Source: a virus. From it: a DNA stretch of 64,000 bases. The notes under the pieces are model-generated. The model saw nothing but the letters and a program-made list of their open reading frames with translations, was not told the DNA's origin and did not search any database. The stretch is taken from the IMG/VR virus record IMGVR_UViG_3300042691_032880, positions 32,001 to 96,000 of that record, one strand, 5' to 3'. Shown here piece by piece: positions 27,432 through 37,052 of this stretch (positions within the stretch are counted from its first letter, which is position 1; the number at the start of each line of letters is the position of its first letter). Made by a program: the position numbers and the translations under genes.

Positions 27432-29897
27432 TTATTCGAATACCCATCCGAAGTATTCTTTTTGTTTATCTGTTAGTGAACCACCAGCTTTATACTGTAT
27501 TTCAGGATGTTTTGCATTCCTGAATATTTCATAATATGGCTCGACACTCTGAGGGTGTACGTTTATCAAATCATCTCTATATCTATTTACCTTATCGATA
27601 TAGTCAAACTTAAATCTTTCAGGATTAGGATTATTTTTTCCAAACAGGTAGAAATCAACCAAATTCGGGTTTGCAGCTTTACCTGGACTATTCCACATCA
27701 ATACTGTTAGATCCATCAACTGTCTAGGTGATGCATTTGGATATAGCTTTTTGACCTTATTGTAATTCTCGGCCATCAGTCCTAATCCATTTACGACAGA
27801 ATTCTCTACAATATCATTACTTACTCCCGATAGCCTATCAGTTGAAGTTTGAAACTTCTGTCTGAACATTCCTTTTGAAGCTTCAGGAGTTGACAATGTA
27901 TACTTAGGTTTAGGTTGGTACCTTGCAAATACCTGCTGAATCGCCTCATCCAAAGGAATACCACTTTCTTTTGAAAGAATGGCAGCTTCCATTTCCACTG
28001 TAGCCAAACCTGGAAACTTGGGTAATGTACTTGCACTAGCTGTTGAACTAGTAGCGTTAAGTCCTTTTTTGATGATATTAAGAGTTTGTTTTATGGGTTT
28101 AGTGAGACCCAAATCAACCAAAGCATCCTGAACTTTTATTTTTGCCTTTGATGCGGTGCTTCCTGCAAGTTCACCACTTAGCTTGGTCTCTTGAGCACCA
28201 ATTCCAATAAGACCGTTCAACAATTCATTGAACTCGTCATTTGTGATGTCATAAGTCTTCTTTATTGTTTCCCTATGATTTTCAGCATCATTCAATATAT
28301 TTTGTACAGTTGGATTATTTGAACTATATGTTGCTACCGCAGGTTTATCTCGGAATGCATATCTTATATTCTTGTCAGTAAGAGCTTTTCCAAAATCGTC
28401 TCCAATGAATTCAAAAGGTCTTACTACCTGTCTTACCGTATTAGGTCCTGTAAAAGTATGAGCTACTGGATTGATATGTAATGCATTGGACGCACCACTT
28501 TCAAAAAGAACAGGTATAAGTGTTCCATCTACATCTCTGAGTCCTGCATACATTCCAGCATGTCGTACAGTTGGATCAGCTGTAAATCCTGGTACGTATG
28601 TGGATTGGTCAACAGCGTTACCCATCAATACCCTATCGCCTACTTTTAAAAATTCATTTGTAACATTCTCAGCACCATGTCTTCTCATTTGTTCCTCCAT
28701 ATGCCAAGCGTTATGTGCATTCGCATTGACATCAAAAGGTCTACCTGTAATATCTGTATAAGTTCGACTTGTTACAGCATTTGCTGTTTTAGCGCATGCA
28801 CTTCCAGGTGCACAGAACTTCTCTTTTAACAACATTGCCTGAGCATCGTCTCCAAATTGAAGCTGTGTAAACATGGATGTAGGCTTTGCACCTTTGAACT
28901 CCACAAGAGGATTATCAAAAGCATCCCTATAATTATCATACAATGTCTGAAGAAAGTAATCATACTCTTCAGGTGTCATTGTATTACGTATATCACTTTG
29001 TACATTGACAGTACTTCTATTTATAGGATCTACTTTTTTCAATCTTTTAGGAGTAAACACGTCAAACTTGGGATTTGCAGTGTTCATTCTCCTAGCTAAC
29101 ATTGCAGAAAGTGCTAGATTCTTCGACTGTTTTCCAGCAGATCCCAACATACCCAATGTGGTCTGGACACCTTTACCCAACAAGTGAGGATACATCAAAG
29201 GATCAGTAAGTAAATCAATAGTTAAATCAGTAGCAGTATTGTTGACGTTACCTAAACCTCTTGTAGGTGATACCTCACTTGGTCTAGCATACTCTCCTGT
29301 TAAACCGTATACTATTGATTTTTGAGGAATAGCTAAAGCTTCCAATCCACCTGAAAGCAATGAAGTAGTCATTGCCAACTGCGGAGACATTGGATTATAA
29401 AACATACTTGTTGTTGGATTGAGTGCTTCACCCATTTCATTTCCAACAGATTCTACATATCCTGGTGCATCAGTTGAAATATTAATTACAGGAAGAGTTA
29501 CACCTTCCTGTTTTTCTAAATCAGTATATCCTTTTTGTTGTTTAAGCCAGTCTTGATAACTAAGTGCTTTAGCAAGATTTCTTGAACCTCCTGAGTAAGT
29601 ACCTGTCCAATAGTTTGCAGGTACTGAACCTTCTGACCAGTCTGTTCCTTCAACGTATGGAGTATTGCTTACATAATATCCTTTACCAGTCTGACTCTGC
29701 TCTGTTCCTTGGTATTGATCAAGAGGTCCGCCATCCTGTTTCCTACCACCAGCTATCCAACCAAAGTATCTCTTCTGCTTATCTGTAAGAGGATGACCAT
29801 GGACTGAACCATCACGAAGCATCTCCTTCGCTTTAGCGGTAGTAGGACCACCTGCGACATATTTATCCAGAAATGCAGATAAACTATCCTTCTTCAT
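27432..29897 (-). CDS. Putative virion-associated peptidoglycan hydrolase (NlpC/P60-CHAP-like plus lysozyme/SLT-like domains)
   Basis: 821 aa. SACAKTA (Cys 28794-28796), NAHNAW, LKVGDRVL, RHAGMY (His 28560-28562) and LFES give a papain-like C-H-E layout. Then IGAQET, SKGMFRQK and MWNSP, resembling lysozyme/SLT motifs. Confidence 0.6.
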   Translation of the reverse strand: MKKDSLSAFLDKYVAGGPTTAKAKEMLRDGSVHGHPLTDKQKRYFGWIAGGRKQDGGPLDQYQGTEQSQTGKGYYVSNTPYVEGTDWSEGSVPANYWTGTYSGGSRNLAKALSYQDWLKQQKGYTDLEKQEGVTLPVINISTDAPGYVESVGNEMGEALNPTTSMFYNPMSPQLAMTTSLLSGGLEALAIPQKSIVYGLTGEYARPSEVSPTRGLGNVNNTATDLTIDLLTDPLMYPHLLGKGVQTTLGMLGSAGKQSKNLALSAMLARRMNTANPKFDVFTPKRLKKVDPINRSTVNVQSDIRNTMTPEEYDYFLQTLYDNYRDAFDNPLVEFKGAKPTSMFTQLQFGDDAQAMLLKEKFCAPGSACAKTANAVTSRTYTDITGRPFDVNANAHNAWHMEEQMRRHGAENVTNEFLKVGDRVLMGNAVDQSTYVPGFTADPTVRHAGMYAGLRDVDGTLIPVLFESGASNALHINPVAHTFTGPNTVRQVVRPFEFIGDDFGKALTDKNIRYAFRDKPAVATYSSNNPTVQNILNDAENHRETIKKTYDITNDEFNELLNGLIGIGAQETKLSGELAGSTASKAKIKVQDALVDLGLTKPIKQTLNIIKKGLNATSSTASASTLPKFPGLATVEMEAAILSKESGIPLDEAIQQVFARYQPKPKYTLSTPEASKGMFRQKFQTSTDRLSGVSNDIVENSVVNGLGLMAENYNKVKKLYPNASPRQLMDLTVLMWNSPGKAANPNLVDFYLFGKNNPNPERFKFDYIDKVNRYRDDLINVHPQSVEPYYEIFRNAKHPEIQYKAGGSLTDKQKEYFGWVFE

Positions 29898-32800
29898 CGT
29901 GGACTCAGTGTTTCTTTTACCGCTGTAACTTTCAAGTTATACTTTAGATTATCAGAGACAGTTTTCCCTAAAATTAACCTATTTCCGTAATGCCTGAATT
30001 TTTTTCTTTCTAGCGGCGATTTGTTATAATCTATGTATGTGGGATTCAATACTTTACGATATCCGTTCTGTTCGGTATTAAACATACGATATTGAATACC
30101 AGAGAACTCACCCCTGTCCTTGGTAGCATCCCAGAACTGGTTGAAGCGATACTTGTTCTCTTCTTTTGAAAACATGATCTCTATTCCATTTGGTGTAATC
30201 TTGGGATAGTTCAACATCTCAGATGGACTATACGGCTTTAGATTCAGCTTCAGAAGACCTGAGTTTTGCTCCGTATTATAAACCATGGCATAGTCAAAGT
30301 TAGCGTCCAGCACATGATATGGATCTATACAATCTTGGGAGTAGTTCAGTACCTCTAGATAATATTCCACACTCTTGATGGTATTTATATTCACTCCTGT
30401 ATTGACAGGCATCTCCACTTCAAAAGCATAGTTTCTTCCATAGAAGTTGCAGAAACTGTTACATGTATCGTTATGCTTCCAGAAGGTATTTCCGTTTACG
30501 GTATAGAAATGGTCGTTAGTTCCCAATACATGGTTAGGATGCCAGTCGTGGAAACTGATCCACATCTTCGTTTTTGGATCGTAACTGATTGTCCAAGAGC
30601 AGTCTTCGAAGTATTCTGGATCACCCAGTTCAATTCTTAGTAATCCCGACTGGCGATTCACATAAAAATAATCTTGCTGCTCATCATACTTTACTGCCGT
30701 AGACTTTGCCTTAAAATCCCTTTTACAGAAATACACAATCTCATATTGGGTATCATATACCGTCTGACATCCAATTCCCACAACGGTATTTTCAACGTGA
30801 GGGAAGTTCGGATACTGAGTGGTCAATACGTTAGGAAGATGCTGAATAAACCAGTAACGCATACCGTTCATTGCAATATCGGAAATTGATCCGCCATAGT
30901 ACCACAACACCTTTCCGCTATTTCGACTCATCCAGAATGTTCCATAAGGTGTGTTTACTACCGACTTGGTATCCTGGCAGGAAGCATATTCAAATTCATC
31001 ATCAGCATTTACCAATGACTGGAATGGTTGAGCAAACAGACCACCATCTCCAATGGTAATCTTGGTACCAGCTCCTGTTTGCAATTGATCAACTCCAGTA
31101 AAACTGGTTGGCTCAGCGTCTTCAAACAGAATCAATCCACCAGTTCGATTAATTGGTTTTATGGAAGATATGGTATTTTCAAAGTCCTTGTAGTTGTTGG
31201 GTAGGTATATCCTCCAGGAATCCCTAGCCTGTTCCGATATCTGAGGAAGACTATAATAAACCTTGCTCCTATTATAGGTAAAACAAGTCTCGGCAACATT
31301 GGGGTCATATGACCTAGGAAGGATTTTTCCAAATCCTACATAGTTGCTGAGAAGTTTGCTGACGGACAAGGAAAAGTCATACTTATAATAATTTCCTGTC
31401 TTTATAATATCGGTTCTGAAAAGACGCGATGTATCTGTAAAATCGGTGCGATCGTAGTGTCTTTGACTATCAAGTTCCCCGTAATCCCTGAATGCCAGAT
31501 TGATTTCGGATTCAACAAAGAAGTCACGAACACCATTGTAGAACAAATAAAACCATGCACTTGTGATCTGAAAACTGTTTGTTGCAGAAGTATTCCTATC
31601 CAAGTGATGGTATGCACTGGCTGCAGTAATAAATCCTAGAAGATTCCCAGAGGTAAGGGATGACCAACTTAACGGTGTCTGTATCGCAGAACCATCCATC
31701 TTATCGAAGTTCGCCCAGTATCTAGGATACAAAACGTTGGCATACTGCTTATAATCTATTTCGGTTCCATCAGGAACATCAAATAACCAAGTATTGAAAA
31801 ACATGAACGGGTTTTTCTCAGTGTACCTGTTGATATAGATATCACCTCCGAACATTGTTCCTGAGTTATACAACTTGTTTTTTATTCTAGAACTGGTCAG
31901 GAAATAACATGTGTTCATGGGTATCTGGGTAATACTCTCCAACTGCCCATATTGATTTTGCAAATCAACTTTAAGACCTACGTAATAAGCTGAAGTCTTT
32001 GTTGTAATGCTTTTGTTTACAGGATCATTCAGTCCTATCGTAGTATCACTTACTCTTTTTCTAGATTGGTCTTCTATGCTGCTGTCATTAGCAGACACTG
32101 CAGGAAATGTTCCGAATATCTTGGTAGCAACATAATTATTCCTGTACAGGTTATTGATCACATAATCAACATCAAACGACTGTACTTGGTCGCGGATGTA
32201 AATACTGTTATCATGTTTTCTTCTAGTTGATCCCAAATCGGTGTCAGGACATACCTTCTTGTACTTGGAATAGAACCCATGCGAATTATATTGAAGAGCA
32301 TACTGTTTGTACGGAAGCAATGCATATATGATACGCAAGGCTTCTTCTGTACCTTTACCTGCAAAGTAATCAATGGTACTGATCAAAAGCAGATACATCG
32401 CAGCATCCGCTATGGCTTGACCAACCTTGGTCTGGTATCCTGGAACAAGGGTTCTAAAATCAAGACCTGACAGTTCACCGCCAGCATTCACAATAGTAGG
32501 GAAACTCATACCTGTCCATGCACCAGAGTGATATCCTGTTGATGTACCTCCAACAAAACCACCATATGCACCGTTTGAAAACGCAAGAGGCATATTACCG
32601 ACACCTGCAAGAAGTGCAGCACTTGCATTTGCATTTACAGGTGGAAGACCCAATCCAAAGTTCGTAGCTATAGCTGTTGCAGCAACTGCTTGTGTAACAT
32701 CATCCGCAGTTTTAGTAATAGATCCACGACCTCCAATACCGTTTTTGATTGCAAGACTCGTACCTACGGTCAAAGCAATCAGATAAGAAGCATTGGTAAT

Positions 32801-34714
32801 AAGCTTGTGTTTGGGGTGACCGTACGGATATTCAAACTTTCCTGTGGCATCTCCGTATTCCCTGGTATAAATCTTTACTTCATCGTATCCCAGGAAAGGA
32901 TTTGCAAAGTTGGTTTCTGGACTATGGAAACTGAAATAATCGTTTTTATATTCACTAAGTCCGCTTCCCTCATTATCAGGTGATTCACCCTGGTTCAATG
33001 CAAAAGAAGTCCTTAGGAACTTATCAATCCTCAAATCATTATAAGGATAATTCTGATACAATACCTTACGATTATCAGTATTGCTATACTGACGCATGTT
33101 ATTCAACAGACCTTTTGCAATGACAGTTCTATTACCTTCGCGCGTACCCCTGAGGATTTCATATCCTATGATGTTCTCAATTGGATTACCATTATTATCA
33201 AGAGGGTGTTTTATGTTGTCAAACCTTACACCTAACATATAAATCTTGTCTCCTCCTTGATTGTGGATGTGGGATGTACAACTATCTGGAAACTTGTGGT
33301 GACGTATAGGAATACCGCACAGTTCACCCCATACTTCAGGTCTATTAATTGGATACTTTTCAGTTGACTCCCAATAACCCATTAAACCTTCCTTGGTTAC
33401 AATACCACCATCTGGAAGAACTTGATTGAGATTGTTTGATGTTATTGTTGCCGTGTTGTAAACCTGCCAATAATAATCCTGATCAGGATACAATGTATCA
33501 GGATTACCAGGTAATCTAAAAAGATCGGTAGGGAAAGAAGCCCTTCCTGGTATGTGGTAACTTGCGGACTTGTCACCGTCATTGTATAGCCACCTGATGA
33601 AGAAAGCATACTGCTCATCCCTCATATAGGATGTGTTGGTACCTCCTTTGTAGTAGTAATCCGAAGGATATTCGATCTCTTGCCAGTACGTTGTTATCTG
33701 ATTGGCTAAAGGTTGATAGTTGAATTCAAACTTGCTGTATATCCCAGACCTCATCAAATATCCGTTCAGTGAAAACATCTTGTCACACTTTTCAAATATT
33801 GGATTGACCTGTGGTATTAGATTGAGAGGTATTACTGGTAATGCCTCCGAATAGTTATCAATGTATACAGTAGTTTGATTGGTACTGTAGTTTCCAATCT
33901 TTGTAGCGACCGTCTGTGCAGCAACCGTACTTATTATGACCAGTTCATATTCTTCAAAACGGGTATCTATCGATGATATGTCAACCTGAATTCCTCCAGC
34001 AATACCGATGTGTTCCCACATGCTCATGATATTGCTTGGAGTAAAATAGTTGGTAACCCTCTGACCGTTTATGGAATAAGCAATCGTTGCTTGGTATGAA
34101 CCATTCAACAATGAACCTGCTCCAGTAGATTTAGTCAATGTAAAACACGGTGGATCAACAAGATAACTCAACCTGGTTTGCTCACAGTCTAGACAATCAC
34201 TGAATATTTGAGTGGGACAATCAGGGTTTGTTCTATCCCATGTATATTGGTAAGGGGGATTATCAAGGTTGATAGTCCTATCAGGATTCAATCCATCAGC
34301 AAAAAATACAGACCATGTACAATCAAAATTGTATTGGGCGTATCCTGTTATCAAATGACTCCTGTCAAATCCAAGACAAGCGTCTTGTATGACTTTCTTA
34401 TATCCGCAGGTCGACTCGGTAAATATACCTATTTCAGAAAGAACGTCATTCGTAGAAAAAACAATCCAATTGTCCGAATCCCTACGAACAATTCCTATGA
34501 CTGTATACGGAGCCTCGAAACAAAAGTAATTTGAAGGTTCGTTACCCACAGTTCCAGAATCCCCTTTATGAGAATTGGTAACAGCATTTATCGCATTTAT
34601 CCATATACCATCGGGAATATAACTATCGTTATAGTCCTTTATCATACCCTTGGTATGAGTGATGCTCTTGGTAGAGTTAAGATCGACGCCGCTGGAAGTG
34701 GTGCTCTTTGCCAT
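29894..34714 (-). CDS. Tail muzzle / stabilization protein (crAss-like, P22 gp10-related)
   Basis: 1606 aa, beta-rich. KGMIKDYNDS...NAIN...GTVGNEPSN start, YMRDEQYAF, SYHIPGR, IRHHKFP and WTISYDP..WISFHDW motifs, all characteristic of crAss muzzle proteins. Follows the ring genes. Confidence 0.85.
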   Translation of the reverse strand: MAKSTTSSGVDLNSTKSITHTKGMIKDYNDSYIPDGIWINAINAVTNSHKGDSGTVGNEPSNYFCFEAPYTVIGIVRRDSDNWIVFSTNDVLSEIGIFTESTCGYKKVIQDACLGFDRSHLITGYAQYNFDCTWSVFFADGLNPDRTINLDNPPYQYTWDRTNPDCPTQIFSDCLDCEQTRLSYLVDPPCFTLTKSTGAGSLLNGSYQATIAYSINGQRVTNYFTPSNIMSMWEHIGIAGGIQVDISSIDTRFEEYELVIISTVAAQTVATKIGNYSTNQTTVYIDNYSEALPVIPLNLIPQVNPIFEKCDKMFSLNGYLMRSGIYSKFEFNYQPLANQITTYWQEIEYPSDYYYKGGTNTSYMRDEQYAFFIRWLYNDGDKSASYHIPGRASFPTDLFRLPGNPDTLYPDQDYYWQVYNTATITSNNLNQVLPDGGIVTKEGLMGYWESTEKYPINRPEVWGELCGIPIRHHKFPDSCTSHIHNQGGDKIYMLGVRFDNIKHPLDNNGNPIENIIGYEILRGTREGNRTVIAKGLLNNMRQYSNTDNRKVLYQNYPYNDLRIDKFLRTSFALNQGESPDNEGSGLSEYKNDYFSFHSPETNFANPFLGYDEVKIYTREYGDATGKFEYPYGHPKHKLITNASYLIALTVGTSLAIKNGIGGRGSITKTADDVTQAVAATAIATNFGLGLPPVNANASAALLAGVGNMPLAFSNGAYGGFVGGTSTGYHSGAWTGMSFPTIVNAGGELSGLDFRTLVPGYQTKVGQAIADAAMYLLLISTIDYFAGKGTEEALRIIYALLPYKQYALQYNSHGFYSKYKKVCPDTDLGSTRRKHDNSIYIRDQVQSFDVDYVINNLYRNNYVATKIFGTFPAVSANDSSIEDQSRKRVSDTTIGLNDPVNKSITTKTSAYYVGLKVDLQNQYGQLESITQIPMNTCYFLTSSRIKNKLYNSGTMFGGDIYINRYTEKNPFMFFNTWLFDVPDGTEIDYKQYANVLYPRYWANFDKMDGSAIQTPLSWSSLTSGNLLGFITAASAYHHLDRNTSATNSFQITSAWFYLFYNGVRDFFVESEINLAFRDYGELDSQRHYDRTDFTDTSRLFRTDIIKTGNYYKYDFSLSVSKLLSNYVGFGKILPRSYDPNVAETCFTYNRSKVYYSLPQISEQARDSWRIYLPNNYKDFENTISSIKPINRTGGLILFEDAEPTSFTGVDQLQTGAGTKITIGDGGLFAQPFQSLVNADDEFEYASCQDTKSVVNTPYGTFWMSRNSGKVLWYYGGSISDIAMNGMRYWFIQHLPNVLTTQYPNFPHVENTVVGIGCQTVYDTQYEIVYFCKRDFKAKSTAVKYDEQQDYFYVNRQSGLLRIELGDPEYFEDCSWTISYDPKTKMWISFHDWHPNHVLGTNDHFYTVNGNTFWKHNDTCNSFCNFYGRNYAFEVEMPVNTGVNINTIKSVEYYLEVLNYSQDCIDPYHVLDANFDYAMVYNTEQNSGLLKLNLKPYSPSEMLNYPKITPNGIEIMFSKEENKYRFNQFWDATKDRGEFSGIQYRMFNTEQNGYRKVLNPTYIDYNKSPLERKKFRHYGNRLILGKTVSDNLKYNLKVTAVKETLSPR

Positions 34715-34720
34715 AATTCA

Positions 34721-35848
34721 TCAATAGTGGAATGGATGTGAAGGATACGGACCCCTCACATTTTTGAATCCTCCATACCAAGCATAGCTGTTAAACATGT
34801 TATAGTACTTTGCATACATCGCCTTGCGGTTCTTCTCCCACATGCGTTTCATCTCTCCATAGTCTGGAGTATTGATGAAGCTGAGTGCATTGGTACGGGT
34901 AATCATCAATTTGGATTGAACCAATTGAAGTTTTTGTGCAACCGTAGGTTCCCCGTTCATGAACAGGTTTTCCAGAATACGCTCTTTCAATGCATACTCA
35001 TAATATTCATTTACGGTAGGATGATCCAAGACAAGCAAGTTGCCTTCATCATCTTCCATCAAGGATTCATAGTTTATGTAAACCCGTCCTTCTTTGAAAT
35101 TAATTGTATGAATAAATCCGTCCTTGATTTTCATTCGGTAGTTGTATCCACCTACGTTTGCAAGATTGCACTCGGGTTCTCCATAGTTGTATGGAATGAT
35201 TTCAATAGGAACAGGTCTTGGAAACTCCCTTATGAGTCCGGGTCTATTTTCAACAATTTTGCAACCATCAGGACAATTATCAAGACTGATGCTGCAGTTA
35301 CCAACAATATTTGCTGCGGCAATAATAGTAATGCGCGCAGCATTCCAGGTTTCAAAAACCTTGACTTTGATTTGGTTTTCGTTGAGGATGACGTATTCAA
35401 AGTTGACATAATCTTTTTCCGAGTTTTGAACCTTGATTACCAAATCTGTGGAACCAAGATTATGGGTTACGATATTCCATCCTTCACCCAAGTCTGCAAC
35501 CTGGATCAAAGGACGTGCGTTTACAATCTCAGCAAGTTTGACCATTTGATCATACATGGTCTCCATCTGCGATTGTGTACATGAAGTATACGTCTCGTTA
35601 GCAACTCCGCATAGCATTGCAAAGTTCATGACATAAAAATCAGCAGGCAGTTTTCCTTTTCCGTTGTGTACATCTATCAGTTTACCCCTGCTTGGATTTA
35701 TCTTCAAACCGAGTTCATAATTGACTCTGATAGCAACTTTCAACAATTCCTGAGGATTCAGAAAGTTGTCTTGGTCAAATGTGTAAAGGTCGCTTCTGAC
35801 CGAGTTCATCAGGTCATCGAAGGTCCTGTATTGGAGTTCGGTCTTCAT
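34721..35848 (-). CDS. Tail ring / tubular protein (crAss-like)
   Basis: 375 aa. GKGKLPADF, IHTINFKEGRVYINY..LMEDDEGNLLV motifs. Inserted beta domain (IVTHNLG). Directly upstream of the muzzle gene. Confidence 0.7.
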   Translation of the reverse strand: MKTELQYRTFDDLMNSVRSDLYTFDQDNFLNPQELLKVAIRVNYELGLKINPSRGKLIDVHNGKGKLPADFYVMNFAMLCGVANETYTSCTQSQMETMYDQMVKLAEIVNARPLIQVADLGEGWNIVTHNLGSTDLVIKVQNSEKDYVNFEYVILNENQIKVKVFETWNAARITIIAAANIVGNCSISLDNCPDGCKIVENRPGLIREFPRPVPIEIIPYNYGEPECNLANVGGYNYRMKIKDGFIHTINFKEGRVYINYESLMEDDEGNLLVLDHPTVNEYYEYALKERILENLFMNGEPTVAQKLQLVQSKLMITRTNALSFINTPDYGEMKRMWEKNRKAMYAKYYNMFNSYAWYGGFKNVRGPYPSHPFHY

Positions 35849-36519
35849 TTGGTATTGCTTACAAAGTCTTGTTTGACATCACCTGGTATGCTAATACTTG
35901 TAGCCAGGTCTTTCATCACGTTCTGCTCCATCTCCCCATACAGGTACATTGGAACAGAGAATGGTTCATCCTGCATATAAATGCAGTCATGTTCAGTATC
36001 GCAATTGTAGTTTCCTATACCTGACCTGAATAGTCCTTCCACCCTGATGGCTGGCCAGTCAACACTGGGGACATAGATGTAGTCGTTGACTATGTAATAG
36101 TAAGGAGTCTTGTTGTATCTAAAGGTCTTCTGCCTCACCATCGCCTGATAGGTCGAGGGATAAGTCATGGTAAGAGGAGTGGTTCCATCAATGCTAGTTA
36201 TGGACCTGATGATTGGACCATAGCTGCCATCGTATGTGGGTGGAATCTTATGCTGACTACGCTTGATTGTACAACCCGAAGTAATGCAGAAACATCCTAC
36301 ATCAGCCTTATCCACGTCAATAAGAGGGAAGTAATCCAGCGTGTGAAATATGTTATTGTACTTACGAAGAATGCCTTTGTCATCCTCACGCTTGATTAGC
36401 CAGGATATATGTTTAAGAATCAAGGAGTAGATATACCTATCCGTTACAAATGCATCCACCGTAACGGATTTAATCTGGTTCCTGACCCTGCTTATTGCTT
36501 CTGATACTTTTGTTACCAT
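35845..36519 (-). CDS. Tail tubular / ring protein (P22 gp4-like, crAss-like)
   Basis: 224 aa. D.FVTDRYI, C..KRS..KIP, ITSIDG, YYYIVNDYIY and VEGLF motifs. ATGA overlap with the next gene. Confidence 0.7.
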   Translation of the reverse strand: MVTKVSEAISRVRNQIKSVTVDAFVTDRYIYSLILKHISWLIKREDDKGILRKYNNIFHTLDYFPLIDVDKADVGCFCITSGCTIKRSQHKIPPTYDGSYGPIIRSITSIDGTTPLTMTYPSTYQAMVRQKTFRYNKTPYYYIVNDYIYVPSVDWPAIRVEGLFRSGIGNYNCDTEHDCIYMQDEPFSVPMYLYGEMEQNVMKDLATSISIPGDVKQDFVSNTK

Positions 36520-36521
36520 GG

Positions 36522-37052
36522 TCAGCAGTTTTGTTTAAAGTAAAAGTTAGCCTCTTCCTTGCGTCTTTTTACAAGACCTGGAAATACTTTTCCACCCGCT
36601 TTTACCCACTTGGCAAACTCGTTTCGGATTTCAGGATTTTCAGGATCGGTATTGACTTTCCGAAGAAGAGTGCTCCTTCGGAAAGCACCAATACCTACGT
36701 TATATGTAAAGGACACAAGCGCACCAAACTGGCAATCAGTAAGTTGCACTCGTATCTCGTCTGTTACCTTCTTTGCAAAATCTTCTACTATCTTCCTTAA
36801 AAGCTTTTCAGCTTCTACAGCATCAATTTTATCACCTTCTTTGACCTTCGTACCATCTGGATAGAATGTATTTCCATACCCTATGGTCCATACGCCTACA
36901 ACATCCTGATACGCTTTAGAACGAAAACCCTCATATTTTTTTATCATATCGAGGGTTTCCTGCGTAACAGTGTATCCTTTAGGAGCAGATTCAACAACCT
37001 TTACTGCGGCTGTCCTAAAGGATTTCAGAAATCGCATTAATGATTTAAACAT
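36522..37052 (-). CDS. Phage lysozyme / endolysin, glycoside hydrolase family 24
   Basis: 176 aa. KKYEGFRSKAYQDVVGVWTIGYG (E-x8-D-x5-T triad), ALVSFTYNVG, STLLRK and GLVKRR.E motifs. Confidence 0.95.
   Translation of the reverse strand: MFKSLMRFLKSFRTAAVKVVESAPKGYTVTQETLDMIKKYEGFRSKAYQDVVGVWTIGYGNTFYPDGTKVKEGDKIDAVEAEKLLRKIVEDFAKKVTDEIRVQLTDCQFGALVSFTYNVGIGAFRRSTLLRKVNTDPENPEIRNEFAKWVKAGGKVFPGLVKRRKEEANFYFKQNC

Noticed and set aside
36975-37052. SAR domain on the lysozyme
   Set aside because: The N-terminus is basic and amphipathic with several charged residues, not an uncharged Gly/Ala-rich transmembrane segment.
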